From the NCBI GenBank assembly GCA_037447605.1, contig CM074808.1, positions 62,001 through 126,000 of the forward strand: a stretch of 64,000 bases of DNA, given 5' to 3'. The notes beneath the pieces were generated by a model. The model did not search any database and had not been told where the DNA came from. It worked only from the letters and a program-made list of their open reading frames with translations. How positions within the stretch are numbered: the first letter of the stretch is position 1; every line of letters begins with the position of its first letter. Source of the stretch: Zygnema circumcarinatum SAG 698-1b. Lineage: Eukaryota > Plantae > Zygnematophyceae. Shown one piece after another: positions 22,901 through 47,146 of this stretch. Both the position numbers and the translations under genes were made by a program.

Positions 22901-25900
22901 TTAAATTTGAAAACTTAGACTGTGGTAGCTGAATGACGGTCCCCCTCTCCCTCTTCCCCCGAAGAGGGAGCCGCCATGGCGGCAGCACTGCGCGGCCACG
23001 TCAGCCTCGAGCCCGGGGGGGCCGCTCGCCAGCACGCCCACGCGGGCCTCGAGGAGGGTCTGCTTCAGCTCCGAGAATATGCCTGAAAGAAAGGGGGGGG
23101 GGGTCAGACTTGGTCTGCAAGCCAATAGAATGCTTTGCAAAAAGAAAAAAAAGAAATGAACAAAATGAACCTCTGGCATGCAGGGAGTTGAGAAAAACGG
23201 AGTCAGCCTTAGGGTTTGCTGTAGGATTTACTCAGGGTACCTTTTAGGGTTTTCTTTCCTATTTTTTTTGTTATGAGATTTTGAAGCGGGTTTAGGGTTG
23301 TATTTCAAACTTTTCTATTTTTCATCTAGGAACTTAGTTTAAACGCTGTAGGGTCTCTACGAGAAGGTAATGTAAACATGACGTTGACGAAGGATGCAAA
23401 CAATGACGTGCCTACAATACCACATGTCGCGGATGCGCTCACCGTTCAAGTCAGGCCTCGCCCCGTATGCGATTTCCGGGCTCCTTAGCAGCGAGAGCGA
23501 GCCCTTGCGGCCCTCCTGCCAGTCCTCCTCCCCCTCCGCCTTCCCCTCCGCCATGGCCGCGGCTGCGAGGGGCGGAGGGTGGTCCCCGGCCTTGTCGTCG
23601 TCCAGCGGCGGCGGCGGCGGCGAGGGCCGCGCGAGGGAGAGGGAGAGGGCGCGTTCGAGCGTGCCGAGCAGCACCGCGATGACGCTCGCCGCCACGACGC
23701 CCCCGAGCAGCGCCGCGAACTGCGCCGCGCCGCGCGCCCAGAGCGGGGGCACGCGCCCGCCCGCGGCCAGGGTGGCCATGGCGGCGAGCACGAAGAAGAA
23801 CGAGGTCACCGCCACGAACAGGAACATCACGCAGCCCAGGAGGTCTCGTCCTGTGGTTGCAGCAGCATGCACGGGAAGGGAAGGGAAGGGACGGGGTGGA
23901 AAAGGTGAGCAACTATGTTCTGCGGTTGCTGGTGCGACAGGAAAAACCTTCACCTCTCGCCCTCTCTCCCACTCTCTCTCTCTCTCTCCCTCCCTCTCGC
24001 TTTGTTTTCTCTCTTTCTCTCTTTTTCACCTGCTGTGACTCGGGGAACAATGGGCCAGGTCGATTTCCACGCGACGAATCTCCGCGTGTGCGCCTCCGCC
24101 TCCAACTTTTTGCGGCCTTTGGCGGTGACGAAGAGGAGCGTGCGCAGGTTGAACCGTTTGTCGTATGCGGGGCAGAGCGCGGCCGCGCGCACGTCCGCGA
24201 GCTGCTGCAGACTCGCCGTTGAGCGCACCACCCAGATCAGGGTCACGCTGGAGGGCAGCCTGCGGGAGGGAGGGAGGGAGGGAGAGAGACACAGGAATGT
24301 AAGGAGATAGCGAGTTGAAGGACAAGTGACTTCAAGGGGAAGAATGGGCGGGGGAGCGGGGCAGGAGAACAGAAAGCACGAGAGTGAGTTGAGAGAGAGA
24401 GTGAGAGAGAGAGAAAGAAAGAGCGACCTCTGTTCATTTCGCCGACAACGGTGAAGGAGGTCTCGTAACAGTGCGAGAAATGGGGAGATTCCACTCCCGC
24501 CCGCCACTAGCACGAGAGCGTCATACCTGCCATACACAAAACCTCACCCTGCGAATTTGAGATATCATCGAAAAACGTCTTTCTGTAAACCCGCTGCTGC
24601 AGCTGCTGCTCTTTTTTGTCCTAGCGGCACACAGCGCCTGCAGCCTTGAACCCTGCTTGTCAAAACCCTACCGCTCCACAAAAGCTCTAAAGAGGCCTTG
24701 AACGGAAACAAGAGCTGCACTCACTTGGCGTAGAAGTCCTGCTCCTGTCCGTACGGCCCCTCCACTCGCAGCAGGACGGGCTCCTTCCGGGCGACGAGGT
24801 GCTGCAGGGCGGCCGTCCAGCTGCCCGCGGGCTTCACCAGGATGCTCAGCTTCTGCTGCCCGTCGAGGGGGGAGCTGCTGATGCTGAAGGGGTGCCACTG
24901 GACCACGGAGATCATCGGCACGTTGATGAATATGCAGTCCAGCGGTCTGTACTGCAGATCTGCACATGGAAAAAGTAAAGAATGAAATAGGAGGGGAAAA
25001 TATAAGTGAATGCAGGCGAGTGAAAGTGTCGGTGCACTGCATGCATGCGGGAACATCGAATGAAATGTCCGCCAGTCATACCGGATGCAATCGGAATAAC
25101 TAGTTCAACGGCGCCGTCCGCATGGATCGTCGCGGACTCGGCTTGCGCGAGATGCATCGCCTGAGTGAGGCGGAGGATGCGATCGAACCCGTAGAGGAGG
25201 AGGGAAGGGAACATCACAGAGAGAAAGAAGCGACCTGCATGCATGAAGAGGAAGAGGAGGAAGACAAGGTACAGCTGCAGGGATAGTAAGAGAGAGGGAG
25301 GAAGGGAGAGAGCGCGCGCGCGCGAGAGAGAGAGAGAGGGAGAAAAAGTGAGAGTGTCAGTACACAACTCCAGGAGAGAATGTTCGCTCTGCAGCCGGCC
25401 GTTACAGTATTGCCAAGAAAACAGTTTTTGCGCACCTGGTGGGTCCAAATGAAGGTCTCGAAGCTCCTCCTCCGCACGGGGCCCAGGGAGGTGAGCCACA
25501 TGACTGCGCCGACCAGCATGTCGATCTCTCCCGCGATCGTGGTCACGGTTGTCTCCTGCCACCGCTTCATCTGCAAGCCACGAAGGGGGGGGGGAAGGAG
25601 GGAAAGGGTGAGGAACCGAGGGAGAAACGAACGGGAGGGACTAAGGGAGGAAGAGAGACAGTGGGAGCGAGGGTGAGGGAGATAAGCAAGGTAGGTGTTC
25701 GAGAGGGAGTGAAGGGGAGAGTGAGTGGCGGAGGGCAACGGCAATTTGTGGGTGCATTTGCTCTTATGAAGGGATGATGAGGAAGTGCAAAGCAAAGCAA
25801 ACAGGAGGCAAGTTAGAACAATCTCCAGAAGCAAGCCGGCGGGTTTTCTCTCTGACCTGGTGTAGCAGCACCCCCTCGTACCCCCACAGCGCGAAGTAGC

Positions 25901-27583
25901 CCAGGGAGTGGATGAGCGCCATCCAGAGCATGCCGTGCGCCGTCCAGCGGTGGTACCGCAGGGCCTGCTCGAAGGGGATGCCGGTCGCGCGGAGGAGGGG
26001 CGACCCGCGGCTCACGGGGAAGAACAGGAACGCGGTCATCATGGCGGAGAGGAGGCCGAACCGGTCCGCGATCAGGTCCACCTTCAGCTGCCATCTGGCG
26101 CAGGAGGGAGGGAGAGAGAGAGAGAGAGAGAGGCGACGCTAGGTCAGGTGGGTGTGGAGGTACGCAAGCAGGACTCTCATGGAATTTTCCCTCTCCCAAT
26201 CTCTCACAGCTCTTCAACACTCGCTCTTATCTTCTCTTTATGTCTCGTTTCCTCTCTCGCTCTCTCCTCCCTACATTCTCTCCGTTTCCAAGGCAGGGCT
26301 CTCCTCATTTCCTTACGTCCCTCTCCTGCCATACTTTCTCCACCCCTCCAACTTCCCCCTCCCTTCTCACTCGTCCTCTTCCTCCTCCTCCCCCTCTCCA
26401 CTTTCTCCTTCCCCTTTTCCTCCTACCTTCCCCTTCTGTTTCCTCTCCTACTCCTCTATCTCTCCGACCCTTGCAGTCTCATCCCTCCCCATGGCCCCTA
26501 CCACACTTATTCCCTCCACCCTCTCCCCCTCCTCCACCTTCCCCTGCGACGCAACGCTCCCCCCCCCCCCACCTGGGAGCACTCCATACCTCCACCGTTT
26601 CCCCCCCACTCTATCATTTCCTCTCCCCTTACTCCCCACCCCCCCGCCAACTCACGCGGTGTGCGCGAAGCCCTTCCCCACGAGGTTGACCACTCCCCGG
26701 TCGACCTCGCGCCACGTCCGCAGCGTCCCCTGCCCCGCGCAGTACGCGACAAGCGCCGCCGCGACCGCCACCCACGCGGCCTCGCTCACAGTGAGAGTGC
26801 CGCCGCGCGGCCGCGCCACCACCAGCCGCCGACAGAACCGCGCGAGGGGCTCCCCGAGAGGGAGAGACCTGCACCCGCCCCCGCGAGGAGGTCGAGTCAA
26901 CGGCCCGGTTTCTTTTGCGGTAATCGAGAAGGGGACTCGGATCTTCCTAGCTGGAGGGTGACCTGAGAGAGCCAGAGGATGGCAGAGAAGGGTGAAGGCA
27001 GCCATAGTGGCGGGGGAGGAGGGGGTGGAAGAGTGGTAGGAGGAGGAGGAGGGAGAAAGGGGAGAAGGGGAGAGGAAGAAGAAGGGTGAGGAAGTGAGTA
27101 AGAACGAAATAGCATACCTGTTTGGGAACTTGGAGCGGTCGATTTTGAGATAGAGGTATGAAGCGCAGATGACGAGCACCATGGGCAGCACGTACACCCC
27201 CCAGAACGAGCCTGCGCGAGCGCAACCACCCTAACAAATTCAATACCCCGCTGAGCCCCAAGGCTCACACGTGCCGGCCGGGCGCGGCGCCAACCGGGCC
27301 TCCCGTCCTTCCTTCCTTCCTTCCTTCCACTGACCTTTCGCGTCCATGTCCTGCGCGGCCATGGCCATTGGGTCCCAGCGCAGCGCGCTGAGGCTGAGGG
27401 GCAGCGCCGCCCACGACCCCACCCACGCCAGGGCCAGCACCCACATCGCCGCGACCAGCGCGTACGCCGCCCTGCACCGCACACACGCGCACGCGGTTAG
27501 GGTTCAGGGCTCAACGATTTGGACTCGCTCTCGGGGCGTAAAGGAGAGGGGCCACACCCCATCGCGAGCACGGAGGTGGCCAT
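22901..27583 (-). CDS. FRO: Ferric/cupric chelate reductase, tandem copy B
   Basis: Same exon structure as copy A. Motifs: [78 protein letters not shown]...YHSLSF. Exon 1 is MATSVLAMG. Confidence 0.93.
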
Positions 27584-28090
27584 GGCTCGCTCCTCCTCCT
27601 CCGCCTCCTCCTCCTCCTCCGCCTCCTCCTCCTCCGCCTCCTCCTCCTCCTCCCTCCCTCCGCCGAGTGCCAACTGCCGACTACCGAGAAGGGGCGAGCG
27701 CGGGCTCCTTTATTGCCCGCCCGCCGCGATAAGATACGATACGCACGATTTACAATACGATCTTAAAGCGTCATACGGCCGCAGGAGTCGTCTGTTGTGC
27801 GCCTTTATTCTCCGTACGAAAGGATCCTGGGGCTTTTGTCGTTTTAGGCTGGTGACAGGCCTCCCGGACCGTCCGATGGGATCCCAGATGCGCGATCGGG
27901 CACTTCGTGACCGTCAGATCGGAATTAGATACCGGATATCTTCACGTGGTCGCCCTTAGTCCCTTGTTCGTTTGTCCGCTTCCCGCTCATTGGTGGGTCT
28001 GGGCGGCTCGGTGCTGTCCGCCCGGCGGTAAGTCTGTCGGCTAGCGGGAACCTTGCGCGGCATTACTGACAGCTGGCATTAGGAGCGGCT

Positions 28091-28197
28091 GCAAATCAGC
28101 ATTGTTGTCTTATTGGCGCGCAACTGCCGGAGGAGTGAAAATAAAGCAAATCAGCATTTTTGTGTTATTGGCGCACTACTGCCGGAGTGAAAATAAA
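28091..28197. repeat. Tandem duplication, units of 55 and 52 bp
   Basis: GCAAATCAGCATT.TTGT.TTATTGGCGC...ACTGCCGGA(GGA)GTGAAAATAAA occurs twice. Confidence 0.85.
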
Positions 28198-28563
28198 GCA
28201 AACCGCAGCGAGCGGTATTTTGTCTTTTTTCTCATTTTAAATTGGGTTCAATCTCGCCGAGCGAATTTCAACGCCCAACCGAATTTCTTTTTTGTCCTTT
28301 CGGCCGAGATGCTCCTCCGTCCGACGAGCCGGGCCGTACGGACGCGACTGGCCGAATGCGGACGGATGGATTTGACCGCTTGGGACCGTGCGGGCCAATC
28401 AGGGGGCTGCTACCTGCCACGATGGCATGCGTTCGTTGACGTGGCGGCACCCTGATGGCCCCGCTGGCCGCCCCCTGAGAATGCATCTCAAGTTCGCGGC
28501 AGGTGGGCCACTGGTACCGTACAAACGTTTGTCGGATCAGGAGGATACGATAGGCGTGCTTCA

Positions 28564-28860
28564 CGTGACGAAGGCAGATTGGATTGCAGCGGAGTTTCCG
28601 TACAGTGGTGTGCCCAACGTCCGCAGTGTCGGCGCATGCCCGGAGTCGGACGGACATTTATAGCGCGGGGTCCGATCAAAAAGTTTAAAAGGAAAGTTCT
28701 ACATAACGTAGCGTGTTTCAGGAAAAATCTGTCAGTTTTAATTCCCGCCATTTCCGACTGCCGTCCGCGGACCACTTTTTCGCGTCTCGTTTCATCACGT
28801 CACGGTCCCAAACATACTTGTCACGTCATATGTTGCCGCGACCAATCATGTCGCTCCACG
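28564..28860. promoter_or_regulatory. Outward-facing pair of ERSE-type motifs
   Basis: Minus strand 28564-28582 is CCAAT-N10-CACG. Plus strand 28842-28860 is CCAAT catgtcgct CCACG. Confidence 0.45.
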
Positions 28861-29060
28861 TGTTGTGTCCTTATACCTTGTAGACGCGCGCGCTTCGTAC
28901 ATTTCAAATCACCATCCGTACATCCGACGAAAAAAGGTCTGTGTCTATTCTGAAAAGTACGAAACAGCATTTTTCGCCAAAAAAGTCCTTTTTTTTGTTG
29001 CCCGGCAAAAACGTACACTACATTCAGAAAAAGGACACTGTAAATAGTCGCCCCCTTTTT

Positions 29061-30110
29061 GGAAAATGATACAAGCGCCCCACTTTTTGGATATCCGCGC
29101 CCCCTTTCGGGAAAAAACTGTACTTTCATGTTGGCTAATCACGCCCCCCCCTTGGATCTTTCGGGAGGAGAGATCTTGTAGACGGACCCCGCGCCTCGCG
29201 CGCAGGATCCGACTGTGCTCCGACGTACGGCACCGCGCATCGCGGCGTGGCCCGCGAGATGCGGCGAGCCTACGGAAACGTTGTCCTCACCTGACCCTTT
29301 TTGGGTCAGAGGTTGCTACGTGGCAATCTACCATTGGACAGCCCTGCTGCCGGTCCCCCATGCCGATACAGTGGACCCCCATAATATTTTCGCCATGGTT
29401 TCAGCAAATACTGGGCCAAAATATTGTAATTTGCAAATATAAGGTCCGTGTTACCAATAGGCGAGCGGTATTATGTTAGAGTTCATGTACGTTCGTACAT
29501 ATCGTATCGTATCATATCGTATCGTACCGTGCTTTAGATGCACGAGCTCCTATTGGTACCGTACCTATACCGTACGATTTAGATATTCTATTCGTACTTA
29601 CCGTACAGCGGGAAAGCGTGACCCATGTTTGAAATCCGTTTCGATTAACAGCTTTTGTATTGGAGAATAGGTCAGGTAAGGTTAACACCCCTAATACGTA
29701 AACATTGAGTTACCGTACAAAAAGGTGGTTTCGGAAAATCGGGGCGAATTTCTTGAGGACGCACTGTACAAGGTGGAAAATATTACGGGGGTCCACTGCA
29801 TCGGCATGGGGGACCGGCAGCAGGGCTGTCCAATGGTAGATTGCCACGTAGCAACCTCTGACCCAAAAAGGGTCAGGTGAGGACAACGTTTCCGTAGGCT
29901 CGCCGCATCTCGCGGGCCACGCCGCGATGCGCGGTGCCGTACGTCGGTGCACAGTCGGATCTTGCGCGCGAGGCGCGGGGTCCGATTGTCTACAAGATCT
30001 CTCCTCCCGAAAGATCCAAGGGGGGGGCGTGATTAGCCAAAATGAAAGTACAGTTTTTTCCCGAAAGGGGGCGCGGATTTCCAAAAAGTGGGGCGCCTGT
30101 ATCATTTTCC
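29061..30110. mobile_element. Non-autonomous long-TIR DNA element (~330-bp TIRs, ~97% identical)
   Basis: 29061-~29391 is the reverse complement of ~29775-30110 with about 8 differences by eye. Ends GGAAAATGAT / ATCATTTTCC. Flanks CCCTTTTT / CCATTTTT match 7/8, though low complexity. The ~380-bp spacer is rich in GTAC and TATCG. Confidence 0.8.
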
Positions 30111-30991
30111 CCATTTTTAGGGTGTTTCCCCTCTCCTTTTTCACACCTTTCTGAAATCGATACAAACCTTTTTCCGTCGGGCAGATTTTACCCCTGATTT
30201 TATTTTTGGAGAGAAAAAAACATCGGCTTGCCCGAATCCGCTCGGAGCGTAAGATCCGACCACGACGAGATCGTCGTGGGTGTGAGTCCTTCACACGTGC
30301 GATGAATCTCCACTGTCGATTCTATTGCAAATCGCACCACAGCAGGTCACTGTTCGATCTGCAGATGGACTCGGTCCAGCGAATGGCACGGGCCCACGTG
30401 TCCCGCCAAAGTCGGATGGCACGTGCGAGATCGCGTGTCCGTCGGCCCGAGATCTCCGCAAATTATGAGCTGGACCGGCCAGCCTGCGTCGGCTGGCCAT
30501 TGACAACTAGCAGCCAATCACCATCTGCTACGTGATAATATGCCATGACGTGGCTACGCTTTATTGGTCCAAGCGCTCAAATTTCCTCGAAGCTGTGACC
30601 ATACAGAGTGTGTACGGACCCACTTCGAGCCGGCTTTGGTGGGACACGTGGGCCCGTGCCATTCGCTGGAACCGAGCCAGACTGCAGATCGAAGGGTGAT
30701 CTGCAGTGGTGCGATCTGCTATAGAATCGACTGAGGAGATTCAAAGCACCTGTGAAGGACTGACACACGCGAACGATCTCGTGGTGGACGGATCTTAATC
30801 TCCGAGCCGATATGATTTTCTCTCCAAAAAGAAATCATGGGTAAAATCTGCCCAACGGAAAAAGGTTTGTATCGATTCCAGAAAGGTGTGAAAAAAACGT
30901 TTTTAGTTTTTAATGATTTTTTTTTCTAAAATAGAACCTGACCGAAAGGTCTGTGTGTAGACAAAAAGGTGTGAATATATATGTGTTTTCC
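30111..30991. mobile_element. Foldback MITE copy 2 (outer left arm missing)
   Basis: Shares CACACCTTT..GAAATCGATAC..CCGTCGGGCAGATTTTACCCC, CACGTGTCCC and TTTCCTCGAAGCTG with copy 1. Palindromic about ~30540. The right end ...GTGTTTTCC is at 30991. Confidence 0.8.
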
Positions 30992-31114
30992 TTTTTAAAA
31001 CACTTTTAGAATGGCCGGTCAAGAGTATGAGTATACGGCCATACGGTCGTACGGTCGGAGGTTGGAGGCCTTTTTGCTTCGGCGCAGTGGTGGGTCGTTG
31101 AGGAACGATCGCTC

Positions 31115-31200
31115 GTTTGAACCATTCATGGACAATAATGTGAACAACTATCACACTGTTTGAACCATTCATGGACAATAATGTGAACAACTATCACACC
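31115..31200. repeat. Near-perfect tandem duplication, 43 bp x2
   Basis: GTTTGAACCATTCATGGACAATAATGTGAACAACTATCACAC(T/C) occurs twice. Confidence 0.92.
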
Positions 31201-31214
31201 TTCCACACACACTC

Positions 31215-31221
31215 CGGCCCT

Positions 31222-31252
<31 letters not shown>

Positions 31253-31929
31253 CCTCTCCCCTTCTCCCCTCTCCCCCTCTCCCCCTCTCCCCCTCTCCCC
31301 CTCTCCCCCTCTCCCCCTCTCCCCCTCTCCCCCTCTCCCCCTCTCCCCCTCTCCCCCTCTCCCCCTCTCCCCTTTCTCCCTCTCCCCCTCTCCCCCTCTC
31401 CCTCTCCCCCTCTCCCTCCTCCCTCTCTCCCCCTCTCCCCCTCTCCCCCTCTCCCCCTCTCCCTCTCCCCCTCTTCCCCCTCTCCCCCTCTCCCCCTCTC
31501 CCCCTCTCCCTCTCCCCCTCTCCCCTTCTCCCCCTCCCCTCTCCCCCTCTCCCCCTCTCCCTCTCCCCCTCTCCCCCTCTCCCCCTCTCCCCCTCCCCTC
31601 TCCCCACCTCTCCCTCTCCCTCTCCCCCCTCTCCCTCTCCCCCTCTCCCCCTCTCCCCCTCTCCCCCTCTCCCCCTCTCCCCCTCTCCCTCTCCCCCTCC
31701 CCCTCCCCTCTCCCCTCTCCTATACCCCTCTCCCCCTCTCCTCTCTCCTCCCCTCTCCCTCTCCCCCCTCTCCCCCTCTCCCCCTCTCCCCTCCCCTCTC
31801 CCCCCTCTCCCCCTCTCCCCCCTCCCCCTCGCCCTCTCCCTCCTCCCTCTCCCTCTCCCTCCCCCTCCCCCTCGCCCTCTCCTCTCCTCTCCCTCTCCCT
31901 CTCCCTCTCCCTCCCCCTCCCCTCCCCCT

Positions 31930-32013
<84 letters not shown>

Positions 32014-32030
32014 GTCTCTCTCTCTCTCAC
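31215..32030. repeat. Polypyrimidine tract: (CTCTCCCC)n-like array grading into (CT)n
   Basis: About 800 bp almost entirely C/T, with 8-mer periodicity. Confidence 0.92.
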
Positions 32031-32225
32031 ACTCCCTATCCTACTACCAATTACGTTGAGACGTAAATTTTCCACGTAAGATTCAATCTGAGGGATTTCT
32101 TCGACTCCGGCCTAATTTTCACCGTACGTTTTTTTTTCGCCAGATCAACGATCACCGTACAGTCCGGATGAATTCCACCACCGTACGGTGATGGAACGAG
32201 CAACAGGTCCTGCAATTTTTGATGG

Positions 32226-33170
32226 GTAGTGATATTTCCACCCCTTTTTTGGATCCAAACACCCCTTCCCGGCCGGGCAGATTTCAAAAAGGATTAAAAA
32301 CGGAAAATGCTTTTTTCACACCTTTTTGGAATCGATACCCACCCTCCATCGGCAGATTTTTTTTTTGCGAAACAAGGAAAATGATAACCCGTCACCCCAT
32401 TTTGAATATCCCGCCTAACTGAATTTTTTTCCACGCGTGCGGTCATCGCAGCCGTCGATTCCCTCGCAGATCGCAAAACGGCAGATCACCATTTGATCTG
32501 CAGCCGGGCTCGGTCACAGCGAATGGCAAGTGCCCACGTATCCCACCAAAGTCGTCTCAAAAGTATGTCCGTACAAATTTCGTACGGTCGCAACTTGAGG
32601 AACCCAGAATTTCGTACATTGAGACCTTAAACCAATCAAAATTTTCCACCTCGACTCCACCACCACCTCCACCTCCACTTGAGAGAGGTCTTCCACGTCA
32701 ATCATGAAACACGTGGCAAATTTTTATTGGCTGGGAATTAACAATGACGAGATCTCGGGCCGAGGGACGCGCGCACTCGTACGTGCGATCCGGCTTTGAC
32801 GGGACTCGTGGGCGCTTTCCATTCGCTAAGATCGAGCCCGGCTGCAGATCGAACGGTGACCTGCCGTGGTGCGATCTGCGAGGGAATCGACAGATGCGAT
32901 TGTCACGCACGTCCGCTTCGAGCGGATTCGGGCAGGCAGATATTTCTTTCCCTCAAAAAAAAAATTCAGGGAGGCGGGATGCAGTATTCAAAATGCAGTG
33001 ACGGGGTATCATTTTCCTTGGTTAGCAAAAAAAAAATCAGCCGACGGAAGAAGGTGGGTATCGATTCCAAAAAGGTGTTAAAAAAGCATTTTCCGTTTTT
33101 AATCCCTTTGGAAATCTGCCCGGCCGGGAAGGGGTGTTTGGATCCAAAAAAGGGGTGGAAATATCACTAC
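32226..33170. mobile_element. Foldback MITE copy 3 (more diverged subfamily)
   Basis: GTAGTGATATTTCCACCCCTTTTTTGGATCCAAACACCCCTTCCCGGCCGGGCAGATTT is mirrored exactly at 33170. Shares the CACACCTTTTTGGAATCGATAC and GGCAGAT modules with copy 1. Flanks TTTGATGG / ATTGTTGG match 6/8. Confidence 0.82.
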
Positions 33171-33360
33171 ATTGTTGGTCGGTGGATGCAAACTGAATCA
33201 AAATTGAACGCGACTGGGAGTGAACAATTCAATGTTTGACTAACTGCATTCGCATTGGATTCGCATTGAACAAGGACTGGATTCTCAAAAAAAAACCAGA
33301 AGCTGTTTTTCTTTTGAACAGCGGTTTTGAAAGTTTATTTGTTTGCGAAGCCCAAATCTT

Positions 33361-41825
<8,465 letters not shown>

Positions 41826-42139
41826 GGCTGCATGCTCCGCGCTGCACCTTCCTCCCCCAAATTAGGGTTAGGGTTAGGTCTTGGCCTCGGGCTCGGGCTT
41901 AAAAACGTAGGTGACGTGTGACGTCACGGCGGGCGCGTCGCGATGTTGCCCGTGGGCACAGGGCTCTCTCCTGCAGACAGTGACGAGGTCAAAAGCGCAT
42001 ATACTTCAAACGCAAATGAATGGCCCCACGGGAAGTTTGTAAAGTACTCATAAACAAATACATGCACGTTTCCTTTCTTGGAAGAAGTCTACACTGTGGC
42101 CGTCCGTCGGCATTCACCAAAGGAGCACCATCGAGCATA

Positions 42140-42372
42140 AGACCCTAACCCTAAGCGATGCAAACACCTAATGTCAAAGCTGGAAAACCCTACTCCTAAC
42201 TATATTTTCGGCCCCTAAACCTAATGTCAAAGCTCAACCACTGGGCATAATCGGAATTCTGTCCCTAATTCTAACCTTAACCCTAATAATAGCCTGAACC
42301 TAATCCTCACCCTAATCCTAATGGCGTCCTCCTAACCCTAACCCTAATGTTCGAGCTCAAACCCTAAACCTA
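42140..42372. repeat. Degenerate telomere-like (CCCTAA / telo-box) array in the divergent bromodomain/Lsi2 promoter
   Basis: accctaaccctaa, cccctaaacctaa, aaccttaaccctaa, cctaaccctaaccctaa, aaccctaaacctag. Confidence 0.65.
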
Positions 42373-42383
42373 GAAGAATTCTT

Positions 42384-46344
<3,961 letters not shown>

Positions 46345-47146
46345 AGGCTCAGAGATTAGGGTTTCAGGGTGTAGGATAGTGCGTTGGCTTGTATATTATG
46401 TGAATACGTTAATGCGCTTGAGGATAATCTTGGCTTCTGCAGTTGGCGGTGACTCTTGCTGTGTTCGTTAGACCAGTCGCTGAGGAGAGGAGCCGTGACT
46501 TCATGACTATGCCCATGGTTCTGGCCACATGGTTTTCGACGGCTAGATTACCTCTTTTTGGCACTTCATTCGCAGAACTACGTTACCGTTCATGCATGCA
46601 CATGAGCCTCAGAAAAGTGCCCTGCAAACTGCATTAGCCTCGGAACGCCTTGCCGAATTGCGCCTGCGAGACCTCCGCATGCCTCCACACGCTCACCGTC
46701 CATAGCCTTTTGTAGAACCGCGAGAGCCCCCCCCCGCCCCCCGGGCAGTCGAGCATGCCCCTCCGTAGAGACTCGAGCGAGCCACGCGAGCAGTCGGACA
46801 GACTGCCATTCATTCATTCATTCCGCTCGGCTTGGCTTGGCGGCCTCTCCCACCCGTACCGTGTCGTACACATGCCATGCCATGCCATGCCATGCGCCGC
46901 TGTGCTAGCCTATCGAACTCCCTCCGCCCCTCGCTGTGAGGGAGGCGGATAGAGGCTTGCAGAGGAGTGCAGAGAGGAGAAGAGAGGAGAGGGTGTCTGC
47001 AGCCCCACGCCCTGACGCCACTCTCAACACTCGCAACCCTAACCTTAAAAGAAGAAGCTCCACACTCCTGAGGGACTTGAACGTCTGAGCTCCTTGCCAC
47101 TCCAAAGCTTCTCAAACCCTGACCGTCCGGCCCTTTCCCTGCCACC

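Noticed and set aside
28683-28705. GTTTAAAA|GGAAAGTTCTA as the displaced left end of MITE copy 2 (nested insertion model)
   Set aside because: Only 10/11 terminal bases and a 6/8 flank match; the expected CACACCTTTTTG module does not follow.
28091-31200. Short direct repeats (55/52 bp and 43 bp) as a CRISPR-like array
   Set aside because: Two adjacent units with no spacers, in a eukaryotic context with no cas genes.
32226-33170. CACTA superfamily call for MITE copy 3 (GTAGTG...CACTAC ends)
   Set aside because: The orientation is reversed: CACTA elements start with CACTA and end with TAGTG. There is no 3-bp TSD.
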